Source: Chitinophaga pinensis (GTDB lineage: Bacteria > Bacteroidota > Bacteroidia > CAMBQF01). Taken from it: a stretch of 60,047 bases of DNA. The translations under genes were made by a program, and so were the position numbers. The stretch is taken from assembly GCA_945869825.1 (NCBI GenBank), contig CAMBQF010000002.1, positions 1 through 60,047 of the forward strand. Reading direction: 5' to 3'. Below the pieces are notes generated by a model. That model was not told the origin of the DNA, searched no databases, and was given only the letters and a program-made list of their open reading frames with translations. Below are positions 59,772 through 60,047 of the stretch, piece by piece. Position 1 is the stretch's first letter. Each line of letters starts with the position of its first letter.

Positions 59772-60047
59772 TTAGAAGTAACGTGGAGTTTTAATTTTTA
59801 ACAAGCCACGGCCAAAGTCAAAACCCAGCATAAACTCGTGCGATGCGCCTACATAGTTATAGCGAACACTTTGTAGTTTATAATCATAAGCATAACCCAA
59901 ACGGAAACGACGGTTAATTAAAAACTCTATCATACCTACCACGGCATCTTGTGTACGGTACGATGCACCTAACCACACCTTGTCGTTAAACAAAAAGTGT
60001 ACGTTAAAGTCAAACTGCACAGGCGCTACTGTTGCCGACTGGTACTT
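59772..60047 (-). CDS. PorP/SprF-family T9SS membrane protein, C-terminal part (5' end beyond the window)
   Basis: The ORF is open to the window edge. The C-terminus ...WLGASYRTQDAVVGMIEFLINRRFRLGYAYDY...GASHEFMLGFDF...KTPRYF is typical of the PorP/SprF beta-barrel family. Confidence 0.78.
   Translation of the reverse strand, partial: KYQSATVAPVQFDFNVHFLFNDKVWLGASYRTQDAVVGMIEFLINRRFRLGYAYDYKLQSVRYNYVGASHEFMLGFDFGRGLLKIKTPRYF

Noticed and set aside
1-60047. A scan for tRNA, rRNA, tmRNA, CRISPR arrays, transposases, integrases, and prophage or restriction/defence gene signatures.
   Set aside because: I found no T-loop or acceptor-like sequences in the intergenic gaps, no short identical repeats with spacers, and no DDE, tyrosine or serine recombinase motifs in any ORF. 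Nothing could be supported.

Overview
This 60-kb chromosomal segment looks like Bacteroidota, probably a Sphingobacteriia- or Chitinophagia-like organism. The evidence is type IX secretion (T9SS) C-terminal sorting domains, PorP/SprF and PorE-like genes, MORN-repeat secreted proteins, and TAnnTTTG -7 promoter boxes close to start codons. I call about 46 protein genes. Most are housekeeping: mnmA, pyrR-pyrB, a cysteine desulfurase, glmM, a Sua5-type TsaC, thiamine diphosphokinase, an S41 protease, wecB, yajQ, and prfB with its programmed +1 frameshift. Cell-surface and accessory content is interleaved with these. It includes two giant T9SS-secreted repeat proteins (2675 and 2607 aa) with glycine-rich N-terminal regions, and an S8 peptidase with a T9SS tail. 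It also includes a GT-C/TPR membrane glycosyltransferase-like gene next to giant 1, a 1493-aa orphan secreted protein, and a tightly coupled 4-gene operon of unknowns around thiamine diphosphokinase. Further items are a divergent Fur-family/MerC-like pair sharing a perfect 25-bp palindrome, an ECF sigma module, and a PorP/SprF plus PorE-like pair at the right edge. I saw no rRNA, tRNA, CRISPR, transposase or integrase. The most unusual sequence-level signal is a family of about 35-nt arrays, each made of five phased heptanucleotides, that sit on or just after stop codons. Other signals are REP-like hairpin elements, a probable unannotated lipoprotein ORF with no canonical start codon, and several apparently leaderless promoters. 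All functional calls rest on motif recognition by eye; no database search was possible.
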